Below, in pieces: positions 13,225 to 25,090 of a stretch of DNA of 64,000 nucleotides; position 1 is the stretch's first letter, and each line of letters starts with the position of its first letter. Location of the stretch: positions 2,916,977 through 2,980,976 of the forward strand of contig MU054338.1 of the NCBI GenBank assembly GCA_013239625.1. The letters run 5' to 3'. The position numbers were made by a program, and so were the translations under genes. The notes beneath the pieces are model-generated. The model was not told the DNA's origin. It worked only from the letters and a program-made list of their open reading frames with translations, and did not search any database. The DNA is from Lama guanicoe (Eukaryota).

Positions 13225-13266
13225 TATAAAGGGTTTTTTTAATGAAAAAAAAAAGTCACTTTTATT
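13225..13266. terminator. Convergent poly(A) signals: HDGFL2 variant hexamers TATAAA 13225-13230 / AATGAA 13241-13246 (+) and PLIN4 AATAAA 13266-13261 (-)
   Basis: Hexamers are read directly from the sequence, about 180 nt past the HDGFL2 stop; the assignment to each gene is inferred from position. Confidence 0.65.
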
Positions 13267-15273
13267 GGCTTGGTTTTCTAGTGGTGTTACTGGTACAGCT
13301 GGGCCAGAGCTGGGGAGCGGCTTGCAGCAGTCAAGGGCCTGTCGCGGGACAGAGGGTTTTAAGCCATAGGGTCACCATTAACAGTGCTTGTGAACTTGGT
13401 TCTGATGCTGCTCCCAGCCCTACAGGGCTGGCAGTCAGTAGGGGTGGAGCAAGGCCTTTCCGAAAGTACAGGAGGAGGAATACAAACCTCTCGACTTTGG
13501 AGCTCGGAAGGAGGCTGTGGTTTGATGTTCCTGTGTCTGTGGCCTGGTGCTTGGGTGGGAGCAGCCGCTGCCTCACTCCCTCAACTGACCGTTTCCTGTT
13601 CCCGCTCAGGCTGTGGTGGCTCTGGGGCCCACGGGGCAAGACCCAGAGCTCTGGCAGCACCGGCCCCAGGCCTCAGGCCAGGATATGTGTGCAGACTGTC
13701 CACTGTGCTTAACAGAGGGCGTGGGTGCTGGGGTCAAGCCTTGCTGTGTGACATGGGGCAAGTGGCAATCCCACTTGGGGCTTCTCTTGCCTCACCTGTC
13801 ACCTGGATTCAGATGGCAGACATGTATGCGGCTCTCAGCCACGGCAGCTGCTGGTTAAACTGTGGCCTCTGCTGTGTGTCCTCTGCCCTGCCCGTGGCTG
13901 AGCCCCTTCATCCCAACTGAGAGGCCATGGTGTGATTAGACTTGAGGTTGTCACTGAGCTCAGTTTCTGGGAATGACTGTTTCCAGTGTCACCACCTCTG
14001 ATGACTACGTGATGGAAACCAAGGAAGGAAGGACTGGGTGCAGGTCACAGCCAGAAGTGCAGGGCCCCTCAGGGCTCCTGGCAGCCATGGTGACCCTTTG
14101 AGGGGAGCTGGCGCATCCATCCGGGAGCTCAGAGCACCCCGTCATTTCTGAGAGGAGGGTACGCTTCAAGCCCTCCATCAGGGAGACAGCCAGGGGTTTG
14201 CTGGCATGATACAGGTTCTAGGAAATAGGGGCTTTTAACAAGGGTCAGGCTGCTGGTGTTCTGCCCCAGGGGAGCAGAAACAGGGCAAGGGGTGGGGGAA
14301 GGACCTCTGTGGCTCCAGCTTCCCACATGCGGCGCCCATCACAGGGCTGCCCTGAGGCTCCAGGGAGAGCAGGGCCAGGAAGGAAGGGGCCGTGGACCCA
14401 CGGCTGCCATCCCAGCCCGTCTGTGGGCTGGAGCACGTGACCAACACCTGAGTGCGTGTCAAGCACATTTTGTCGCGTGCCCCCTAGGGTCCTGTCCCTT
14501 GTCAGGGAGCCCTTTTATTCCTTCATCGGCAGCCTCTGTGCCCAGGCACCTTGGGGACCCAAGAACATCAGCTCTGGGGTCGTTATGCTCAACCGCGACC
14601 ATGTGGATGGGCCAGCAGGCGAGTGGGCCGAGGCAGGAAGGGACGTGTGCTCATCCCCTGCCTGCAAAGGCCAGTCCTCGCCGGTGGTGGCTGCTGCAGC
14701 TTGGTCTTCCTGAAGCCCCTTGGCCCCTCCAGGGGTCAGCAGAGGCGGTGGGAGCCTGCCTGCCTCAGGACGATGGTGGCGTTCTGGTACTGGGGGTGTA
14801 GGCTGTCTGCTGAGGGGTGTGTGCTTTGAGAGCGAGGGTGGAGCTGCCTGGAGCCCAGGGCGGAGGAGCAGAGCCACCTGCTAAGCTGGCAGCTAAAGGG
14901 CCCAGACTTGGGTAGACGACCCTCCCTAGACGTGAAGGATAAAAGGGTCGGACTGCAGGTGCTGAGTGGAGAGCCTTCGAGACTTAGGCACGACTCCAGT
15001 TCTCGTTCCTAATTGGAGCACTTGCTCGAGATACTCAGGCGAAGGCCCCTGTCTAGGGTCTTAGCAGCCCGAGGCCGCTCGGCCGGGAGAAGGTCCAGCC
15101 ATGCTCGGGGAGAAAGGTGGACAGTGTGGGCAGGGCGGGAGCCGGGTGGGTGGTGTGGCAGCTCGGTGCCTCCATTGGTGCCAGCCTGCAGGGGCCAGAG
15201 CTCTGGGGGTTGGAGCTGGTTTTGGGCCAGGGAGAAGGCTCGGCAGAGGGCTCCCCGGGCAGAGGAGGGGCTC

Positions 15274-18200
15274 CTACAGCTGCTGCCCCCCGGGCTGCAG
15301 GGCAAAGGGCCCCACCAGCCAGCTGAGCGGAGGGCTGTGCTGCACGCCCTCCAGCAGCCGCTCCAGCCGCTGCCACGCCTGGACTACAGCCCGGCGGCTC
15401 TGAGCCAGGCGCTCGGCCGGCAGCTCTGCACCGCAGTCAGCAGAGGAGACGACGCTGTAGAGCTCGCAGAGGCTGCGCCGTGCCTGGCCAACCTGCTGCT
15501 GGAGCTCGGCAGGAAGGCCCTGGAGGCCGGAGGCCAGGGCGCTGTAGGCCACGTGGAGCTGCTGAATGAGGCCGCAGGCCTTGGACAGAGCCCCGGCGTC
15601 TGGCACCTGTGGGCAGAGGAGCGAGGTGAGCGGGGGCTGAGGGGGTCGGGGGGCGGGAGCGCAGGCTCCTGGCAGCACCTCTTGGGCATCGGCTTCCTCT
15701 GCTCCGCTGCTCTGATCCTGGTCCTGCCTGACTGGAGCCTGCTGGGCTTTCTCAGTCTGGAAGGAGAGCCCAGCAGAGACATGATGGATTCTCGGCAGGG
15801 ACCTTTCCCACACCCCCCACCAGGGGCAGCATTCCCAGGCCTGGCTGGCCCTGGAGCCTCGTGTTCACCTTTCCCATGGCATGGCGGAAAGGCCTCCAGT
15901 TCAGAGCCAGCCGCAGCAGGATGGTGCATCTAGAGGCAGTTATCCAGATTCCTCATGAGGTACTTGGGGGCTCAGACAGTCAGTGTCACCATGACACACC
16001 CCAGCTCCAAAACGCTCTCACATCTCCCAGTGGCCTTTGGACCAAATCCGCCTCCTCACCATGGCCTGCACGGTCTGCCTGGGACACCTCTGACTCCATC
16101 TCCGGCTGACACCCCGTCATGCACTCTGCTTGGGCCACGCTGGCCTCCTTTTGTCCCCTAACCATGTCCTGCATGCTGTCCCACGTCCTGCCTCAGGGCC
16201 TTTGCACTCAGCCTGGCGAAGGCTTCCTCTGGCCTGGTGTGGTGGCCCCCAGTCCTTCCCTGTCAAATCTCTGTTACTCTCCCCAGAGGTACATCACTGT
16301 CTAGTTACCATGTTTCTTTGTTGTTTATCTCCCCCCTTCAGTGGGGGCTCAGTCGGACCTTTTCCTCCTGGATTTTTGGGTCCCTGGTACATTCGGAGTC
16401 CCCTATCCCCCACCATCCATTGGCTAATCTTCCTTGTCCTCCTAAGAGCTGGTGAGGGGCAGCATGTGGACCAAATGTTGGCCCCAACTTTTGATCACCC
16501 ATCCAGCTGTTATCCCAGCAGCTGACTCCATCGGGGGGCCTGCTAGTCATCTCCAGCTTACGTTGTCTAAGGCCAGGCTCTTAATGTTCACCCGACCCAC
16601 CCGGCATCTCCAAGTGTCTGCTGCTAGAAGTCTCCAAGGCTTCGTAGGGTCTCTTTCTCACTTCCCACATCTAACCTGGCTGCAGACCCTGACAGTTATG
16701 CTTCTGAAACACATCCAGAACCCACCTGCCTCGCCACCACTGCTGCTCTCAAGGTCCTGTCGGCACTTGCCAAGATTTTTGCAGAAACCTTCTCATCTCC
16801 CAGCTCCAGCCCTTGACCCCCTGTGGCCTGTCCTCCCCACAGTAGCCAGAGTGCTTTCCTTAAATACAGCCTCCGGTGGATGAGGCCATGCCTCCGCTCA
16901 CAGTCCTGGAGCGGCCTCCCTGGCCCCACCCACTGGCTGCCAGGAGCACCACCAGTGTGACAACCCCAGATGTCCCCAGGCATGGCCTAGTGTCCTCTGG
17001 GGACAGGACTGTCCCCTTTGAGATCTTCTGGGTTGGAGCAGTGGTTTTCAAATTGGGGTTCAGTTGACTGGGAACGCAGGTGCCTGAGCGTACCCCAGGG
17101 ATCCTGACTCAGGCAGCATTGCTGGGTTCCTCACCACCTGTGTCGGTGAGGCTGTTCAACATTTAAGAGCCATGACCTTGAGAACTTGGAGAGTCTCAGA
17201 GCTGGGGGCCTATCACCGTCTGCATCCGCTGTGGATGGGATGCTGCTAAACTTCCTACCACGCACAGGTCCACCCGCACCACCCACAGGGAGCTGGCGCA
17301 AGTGTCAGCAGGGCTGCAGCAGAGAAAGCCTGGGTCAGAGGAAGCGAGTGGAGACAGCGAGAGAGCGTGACCTTGCTGGCCCAGTGCCTATCCCCGGGAT
17401 GGCATTCAAGTCACCTTTGGGTCCTTTTTTGCATCACTGAACCCCACCCAGATCACATGGGCTCCTCCTACCCTGTCCCCCACTTCACTGCACCTTCCAG
17501 CCCCCGGCGCCCTGCTGCTCCTTGGAACACATTAGCTGGTTCTCAGACCACTGTCTGTCCTTGGGGCCCCCACTTCCCCATGACTCCACACCATGTGGCT
17601 CAAAGGGACACGCTCCTGCCCAGCCCACCCCCTGCGCGGCTGCCCTGCCTCCTGCTTGGCACCCTCATCGGCTGCAAGGATCTGGCCTCGTGCTCATCGT
17701 GCTCCCCAGACACGAGCCCTGAGAGAGCCATCTTAGTGGCCGACAGGCATGTCTACTAGGTGCTTAGTGTTTGTCGAGTCCCCGCACTGAGGAAGGCACC
17801 AGGGGAAGGGGAGGGCTCTTACCACCTTGACAAAGGCATCCTCGAGCTGGGCCAGCACGGCCCTGGCCTGGAACTGGCCATGCTGCAGGTGGCTCAGGGC
17901 GTGCTCGAAAGCCCGCTGTCGGAAGCCGGGGGCCAAGTCACCCAGACGCACAAAGTAGCTTCCTTGGTCGGCCGTGAGCACTCTTGGCCTGGGTTGGGAG
18001 ACAGCCAGCCGAGCTAGAAGGGAAGACAGTGGGGGTCATTCAACCCAAGAGGCCCCTTTGTCATCAGGGGTGTGGGTTGTACAAATGACCTGCCCCTGCT
18101 GGGAACTGGGACCAGCCTGTCCTATTCTCACCTTGTTCCTCAGCACTCATGGGCTGGAAGATCTCCCCCAGCTCCTCCAACTCATTCCGGAGTGTCACAA

Positions 18201-21200
18201 AGCTCTGGGCCCCTTCGTGGCCATGTGTGGTGGCCCCATGTCCCACATCCTCCTTGCCCGGTACGGCCTCTTGTGTGAATGTCATCACAGCTGACACGAG
18301 GTCCTCTGTGCTGGCGGTGGCTTTGCCCTTAAGATCCAGGCCTTCACAGAGACTGTGCGGGGATGTGGAGACCCAGCAGGACTGAGCCTCATGAGGGCTT
18401 TGAATGGTTTGTTCCCCTCCTTCATCCGAGGTCCTGGAACTGGCGCGTCTTCTTGAGGTGGCATCCTGGGACCCAGGCAGCCAATGCTGGATGGTGCTGA
18501 GACCAGTTTGCACAGCTCCTTGGGCCACATCCCCTGCCCTGCGGAGCCCACTGGTCACAGCATCTTTAGAGTCCACAGAGACGGCCTTCCAGGTGTCCAG
18601 GCCCCCCTGGGCGGCCACTTGGGCCACATTCACGGCATTAGTCATGCCACTATAGACGGTGTCCCTTGTGTCTGTTGCAGCGTTCTGGGTTGTATTCAGC
18701 CCAGTTTGCACAGCCCCTTTGGCCACACCCACTGCCCCAGTGAGCCCAGTGGACACTGCATCTTTGGTGCCAGTCAAGACAGTCTTGGTGGTGTCCATGC
18801 CAGTCTGCATGGCCCCCTTGGCCACACCCACTGCCCCAATGAGTCCAGTTGCCACTGCATCTTTGGTGCCAGTCAAGACAGTCTTGGTGGTGTCCATGCC
18901 AGTCAGGACGGCCCCCTTGGCTACGTTCACTGCCCCAGTGAGCCCAGTGGACACTGCATCTTTGGTGCCAGACAAGACAGTCTTGCTGGTGTCCATGCCA
19001 GTTTGAACAGCCCCTTTGGCCATGTTCACTGCCCCAGTGAGCCCAGTGGCCAGTGTATCTTTGGTGCCTGTCAAGACGGTCTTGGTGGTGTCCATGCCAG
19101 TCAGGACGGCCCCCTTGGCTACGTTCACTGCCCCAGTGAGCCCAGTGGCCAGTGTATCTTTGGTGCCTGTCAAGACGGTCTTGGTGGTGTCCATGCCAGT
19201 CAGGACGGCCCCCTTGGCTACGTTCACTGCCCCAGTGAGCCCAGTGGCCAGTGTATCTTTGGTGCCTGTCAAGACGGTCTTGGTGGTGTCCATGCCAGTC
19301 AGGACGGCCCCCTTGGCTACGTTCACTGCCCCAGTGAGCCCAGTGGCCAGTGTATCTTTGGTGCCTGTCAAGACGGTCTTGGTGGTGTCCATGCCAGTCA
19401 GGACGGCCCCCTTGGCTACGTTCACTGCCCCAGTGAGCCCAGTGGCCAGTGTATCTTTGGTGCCTGTCAAGACGGTCTTGGTGGTGTCCATGCCAGTCAG
19501 GACGGCCCCCTTGGCTACGTTCACTGCCCCAGTGAGCCCAGTGGCCAGTGTATCTTTGGTGCCTGTCAAGACGGTCTTGGTGGTGTCCATGCCAGTCAGG
19601 ACGGCCCCCTTGGCTACGTTCACTGCCCCAGTGAGCCCAGTGGCCAGTGTATCTTTGGTGCCTGTCAAGACGGTCTTGGTGGTGTCCATGCCAGTCAGGA
19701 CGGCCCCCTTGGCTACGTTCACTGCCCCAGTGAGCCCAGTGGCCAGTGTATCTTTGGTGCCTGTCAAGACGGTCTTGGTGGTGTCCATGCCAGTCAGGAC
19801 GGCCCCCTTGGCTACGTTCACTGCCCCAGTGAGCCCAGTGGCCAGTGTATCTTTGGTGCCTGTCAAGACGGTCTTGGTGGTGTCCATGCCAGTCAGGACG
19901 GCCCCCTTGGCTACGTTCACTGCCCCAGTGAGCCCAGTGGCCAGTGTATCTTTGGTGCCTGTCAAGACGGTCTTGGTGGTGTCCATGCCAGTCAGGACGG
20001 CCCCCTTGGCTACGTTCACTGCCCCAGTGAGCCCAGTGGCCAGTGTATCTTTGGTGCCTGTCAAGACGGTCTTGGTGGTGTCCATGCCAGTCAGGACGGC
20101 CCCCTTGGCTACGTTCACTGCCCCAGTGAGCCCAGTGGCCAGTGTATCTTTGGTGCCTGTCAAGACGGTCTTGGTGGTGTCCATGCCAGTCAGGACGGCC
20201 CCCTTGGCTACGTTCACTGCCCCAGTGAGCCCAGTGGCCAGTGTATCTTTGGTGCCTGTCAAGACGGTCTTGGTGGTGTCCATGCCAGTCAGGACGGCCC
20301 CCTTGGCTACGTTCACTGCCCCAGTGAGCCCAGTGGCCAGTGTATCTTTGGTGCCTGTCAAGACGGTCTTGGTGGTGTCCATGCCAGTCAGGACGGCCCC
20401 CTTGGCTACGTTCACTGCCCCAGTGAGCCCAGTGGCCAGTGTATCTTTGGTGCCTGTCAAGACGGTCTTGGTGGTGTCCATGCCAGTCAGGACGGCCCCC
20501 TTGGCTACGTTCACTGCCCCAGTGAGCCCAGTGGCCAGTGTATCTTTGGTGCCTGTCAAGACGGTCTTGGTGGTGTCCATGCCAGTCAGGACGGCCCCCT
20601 TGGCTACGTTCACTGCCCCAGTGAGCCCAGTGGCCAGTGTATCTTTGGTGCCTGTCAAGACGGTCTTGGTGGTGTCCATGCCAGTCAGGACGGCCCCCTT
20701 GGCTACGTTCACTGCCCCAGTGAGCCCAGTGGCCAGTGTATCTTTGGTGCCTGTCAAGACGGTCTTGGTGGTGTCCATGCCAGTCTGGACAGTCCCCTTG
20801 GCCATGTTCACTGCCCCAGTGAGTCCAGTGGACACTGCATCTTTGGTGCCAGTCAGGACAGTTTCGGTAGTGTCCATGCCAGTCTGGATGGTCCCCTTGG
20901 CCACACCCACTGCTCCAGTGAGCCCAGTGGCCAGTGTATCTTTGGTGCCAGACAAGACAGTCTTGGTGGTGTCCATGCCAGTTTGAACAGCCCCCTTGGC
21001 CACACCCACTGCTCCAGTGAGCCCAGTGGCCAGTGTATCTTTGGTGCCTGTCAAGACGGTCTTGGTGGTGTCCATGCCAGTCTGCATGGCCCCCTTGGCC
21101 ACACCCACTGCCCCAGTGAGCCCAGTGGCCACTGTATCTTTGGTGCCAGACAAGACAGTCTTGGTGGTGTCCATGCCAGTCTGGACAGTCCCCTTGGCCA

Positions 21201-24200
21201 TGTTCACTGCCCCAGTGAGCCCAGTGGCCACTGTATCTTTGGTGCCAGACAAGACAGTCTTGGTGGTGTCCATGCCAGTCTGGATGGTCCCCTTGGCCAT
21301 GTTCATGGCACCAGTCACCCCACTGCAGACAGTGTCCTTGGTTCCGGTCAGCACAGTCTTGGTGGTGTCCACACCTGTCTGAACGGCCCCTTTGGCCACA
21401 CCCACTGCCCCTGTTACCCCACTGGCCACAGCATCCTTGGTGCCTGTGAGTGTCGATCGGGTCATGCCCAGGCCTCCCTGGACCACGCCTTTAGCTGTGT
21501 CCACCACGCTGGCCATCCCAGAGGAGATGGCATCCTTGGTCTTGGTCATCTTGGAGCACACCAGGTCCTTTGCTCCAGAGATCATCTAATGAGGAAGTAC
21601 AGTCATGATCAAGTGTAGAGTTGAGAGGCACCTAACCACCCCCAACCTCCTCCGTTGATTCCTCATGTGCCCTGGGGAGAGGGACCCCCCCCATCAGCCT
21701 TGCCTGCTCAGCTCCCACCCAGCATACCTCCCCCCTGCTCTCAGGACACAGCCTCAACAAGCTCTGTCACAGTGGTCCCCCTGATTCAGGAGGATCCCCC
21801 CACCACTGACACTGCTTCTGAGCACTTCTGGGACCCTCCTGGGCTCGCTCAGCAGGCCACTGAATCACACAATTGTTCATCTTGCCTAATCTCTACTTAT
21901 GGCAAATTTTCAGCCTGGTTTTCTCATTATAGGGAGAAGTTTGAGGAGACCAGATGCTTCTTAAAATGAGTGTATTCAAGTAAGAGAAGAGGATCAATGT
22001 TTAGAAAAATAAGAAAAGCACAGGTGAAGCACAGGGCGCGCACCACAGCCAGCTGTCAGTAACTTGAGTTTTTGACCCTCCGAAGGGCAGCTTTCTCTAG
22101 TTCATCGTTTAAACTGCTGAAGGGTTGTGGTGGCCTCAGGGTCGCCACCCCCCAGGTCATGCTGTTTCCAATTCAGGGGTTCTTAGCTGGGGCGATCCTA
22201 CCCCCAGCGATGTCTGGGGACACCTGTCGTGGTGATGACTTCGGGGAGTGGGTGTTCCAGGCATGGAGTGGTTGAGGGCAGGGAGGCCGCTGCACACCCC
22301 CCAGCGCCTGGGACACCCCCTACAGTGAGTGACCCAGCCGTGTATTGTCCAGAAGGCTGAGGCTGAGAAGCCCTGAGCACTTTGCAAGTAGCAGGTGCTC
22401 CATTAACACGAATGAGGATGAGTGGAGGGGGCAGGGAGAAAAGATGCAGGGGGCCCCTCAGCTGCTGGAGTCTGTCTTAATTTGGGCCAGAGGGTGAGCC
22501 TGGTGGTTCTTCCCCCTCTGAGATGCTCCAGTCTGGCTGAATTGAGGGCAGAGGGGAGTTGAGGAAGGCTCCAGAGTGGGGCGTGTGCTGGGTGGAAGGG
22601 TTAAATTAGGGCTCTGCCATGCCTGCTGTGGCCCTCAGCTGTCCTACACCAGCCACTCTGCTTGTCCTGGCCTTGGGGACACGATAACATGGGCGGTCGC
22701 CATTTATCCAAGACCGAGGGTAGATGCAGCGTCAGCTATTATTCAGCCTCTGCCTGCCCAAGGTTCAGATCCCACACTACCATGTCTGGCTGTGTGACCT
22801 TCAGCAGGTAGCTTGGCATCTCTGTGCTTCAGCTATTGTGCAGGGTACTACTGCTCCCTTCCTCGCAGGGCGGTTGGGAGGGTTAATTACTAAACAGCAC
22901 GTGTGAAGTGCTTAGCCCAGACCCTAACAGGTGGTGAGTGAGTTACCACTGTTTCAGTTAGGCCTGGAGCGGGGTGGTAGGTGTGTAGACCGTATGGAGC
23001 CTTATTGTTTCAGGTAGTGAGGCAGTACTGCACCCATTTCACAGATGTGGAAACAAAGGCCTAGAGAGGAAGACTGCCTGGAATCCCACAGTGGGACACA
23101 CAGGGGTGCCTGCCCTCACCCTGGCCTATGACAGCACCCCAGATGGCAGGAACCAAAACATCCCAGGAGGAGGTAGCCCAGAGGAAGACGGAAGCCATCA
23201 GACTAGGCTCTGCCAGCTTTTCTCACCTTGTCTGAAGGTGGCAGCATCTTCTCTGCCCCCTTGGCCATCTGCTCCAGGTCGGTGGCCGCTGTGGGGACAA
23301 GAGCCAGTCAGACAACCCAGGGAGGGCGAGGGACACAGGCTGGCATCAGCCGCCCTGGTGCCCATTGCACAATCAGTGGGCAAAGCCTGAAAGGTCAGGA
23401 ATGTCCTAGCCTCCCTACAGGGACAGCAGAAGGTGACATCCACAGCCTTGGGCCTGGCTCAGTCACTAGCCCCGCCGGGGGCTCCCTCAATCCCCAGGGC
23501 CTTGGTCCCCTGGAGCAGGGGTTCTGTGGAGTTTTCTCTGCCTGGGTCCTGGGTGCTGGGTGCCCACCCAGGGGAGCTGCAGGGAGAGGAGTCGGGGCTC
23601 ACTCTGCCCCACCCCCACCCCCGCTGGCAGCTGCCTGTGGGCCTGAGGACATGGAACAGAAGTCAGCTGGCTGGGGCTCCAGGCCCAGAGCAGGGCCCAG
23701 CCCGGGCAGCTGCTCCAACCTGCACTCCCCTGCCCTAGCTTGTCTCCCGGCCGTGGGGCTGGGGCTGCCCCGGGCACCCCGGCTGAGCAACAGTGTGACC
23801 TCAGGGAAGCTGCTGCCTCCCTCTGGGAACACGGTCAAAATCTGCGATGAGCTGAGACATGCAGAACACCCAGCCCCTGGTCCTTGGTGCATCTGAAATG
23901 GGGTGAGGGTAGGCAGAGAAGGGGTTGAGAGTGTGGGGGGCACTGCTGTGTTCACACCCTCATCTCACTGGCTGTGCCACCTCAGACTACTCCCCCTCCA
24001 CATTTATGCCTCAGTTTCCCATCTGGCGCTAAATAACTGTGCCAGCCTCATAGGGTCTATTGAGATGATGCAGGCACATATGAAGTGCCCCCCCCAAGAT
24101 GGGCAGGAGTCCCTGCTAGAGCACCCCCATTCCTGAGGCCCACCTCCAGAGCCCCCGCCTCCATGGAGCTGTGCACTCACCCTGGGCCTCGGGGACTGGA

Positions 24201-24869
24201 GCACCTGCAGGATCTGCAGCTGGCCGGGACTCTCTTGCTGAGCTGTGGGCGTTGGCCACCAGGTTCCGAGCAGAACTGAAGCCAGGCAGGGACCCGAAGA
24301 AGCTGCCCAGGGTCTACATGGGGTGGGGGACAACATGAGTGGAGCCAGGCTATGGCGGGGGTGGGGCAAGGGAAGCATCAGACAGCCCTGGGTTCCAAAC
24401 CGCCTTGGGCCCTTGCTCCTGGGCAACCTCAGGGACGTGTACTAGCCACTCTGAGCCTCAGTCTCTTCGCCTGGGCAGTGGGCAGGTTCAGCCTGCCTCC
24501 CGTGGACAGAGGAAAAGTTCCTCCTCTACGTCTCCAGAGGCCTTTTCCTTCCATGGCCCACATTTCACAGATGGGGAGACTGAGGCTCAGAGAGGAGCCA
24601 AGGCAGGCCCAAGGTCACACAGAGGGGAAGGAGCTGAGGCTTGTGTCCCCCACCCTCCAGCCTGAGACTGGAGAGAAGATTGGCACTGTGGCTCTCAGAG
24701 CCCTCCCAGTCCGCCTGGGGAAGCCCCGCTGGACCCCAGGACTTTGGAGTTCCCTTTCCCAGGGTTCTGGGGGCTCTCCATGCCCCAGCTGGAGTCTCAC
24801 CCTCCTGCCTCCTCTCACCTTGCCCTTGGGTTTAGGGGGGTCCCGGCCTCCTTCATCTTGAGCAGACAT
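15274..24869 (-). CDS. PLIN4: Perilipin-4 (S3-12), about 1433 aa
   Basis: Coding exons (-): 24869-24819 (MSAQDEGGRDPPKPKGK), 24313-24181 (TLGSFFGSLPGFSSARNLV), 23288-23227, 21585-18132 (33-mer repeat exon), 18013-17823 (GSYFVRLGDL), 15756-15679, 15606-15274 (WLVGPF, TAG). Phases are consistent. Confidence 0.97.
16915..17040. mobile_element. MER20-like hAT DNA transposon fragment
   Basis: ccaggagcaccaccagtgtgacaaccccagatgtccccaggcatggcc. Confidence 0.5.
18500..21585 (-). repeat. PLIN4: Coding tandem repeat, 99-bp / 33-aa amphipathic helix units (about 31 units; 19024-20785 is perfect)
   Basis: Unit TKDTLATGLTGAVNVAKGAVLTGMDTTKTVLTG recurs every 99 bp; flanking units are diverged. Confidence 0.97.
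22173..22375. mobile_element. MER20-like hAT DNA transposon
   Basis: caggggttcttagctggggcgat...gatgtctggggaca...gggcagggaggccgctg...gctgaggctgagaagccctg with terminal inverted repeats. Confidence 0.65.
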
Positions 24870-25004
24870 GGTAATCCTCTAAGAAGCTAGAAGGAGGCAG
24901 AGAAAGAGCGTGAAAGGGGGCTCCGGGCCTCCTGCCGCACACTCAGAACCCCAAGGAGTCCCCAGCGCCCGCCTGGAGGCCGGCCTCGCCCTGGCATTGC
25001 CCAC

Positions 25005-25090
25005 CTGGACTGTGTGGTAGTCCCCGGGAGTGACGGGCGGCACCGCTGGCAGCTGGCTCTGCTCTCTGTTCCCAGGCCTTATAGGGTCTG
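25005..25090 (-). promoter_or_regulatory. PLIN4 TATA box (TATAA 25083-25079) and probable non-coding exon 1 ending at 25005
   Basis: ccctataagg on -; donor CAG|gtgggc at 25005/25004; acceptor ttcttag just upstream of the ATG exon (starts 24878). Confidence 0.55.

Noticed and set aside
19024..20785. Regular direct repeats resembling a CRISPR array
   Set aside because: No unique spacers, no cas genes, and it lies in a mammalian coding exon.
18484..21618. 1044-aa Cys/His-rich and 656-aa ORFs antisense to the PLIN4 repeat
   Set aside because: A stop-free 99-bp unit automatically gives long ORFs in other frames; there is no promoter, splice or family evidence.
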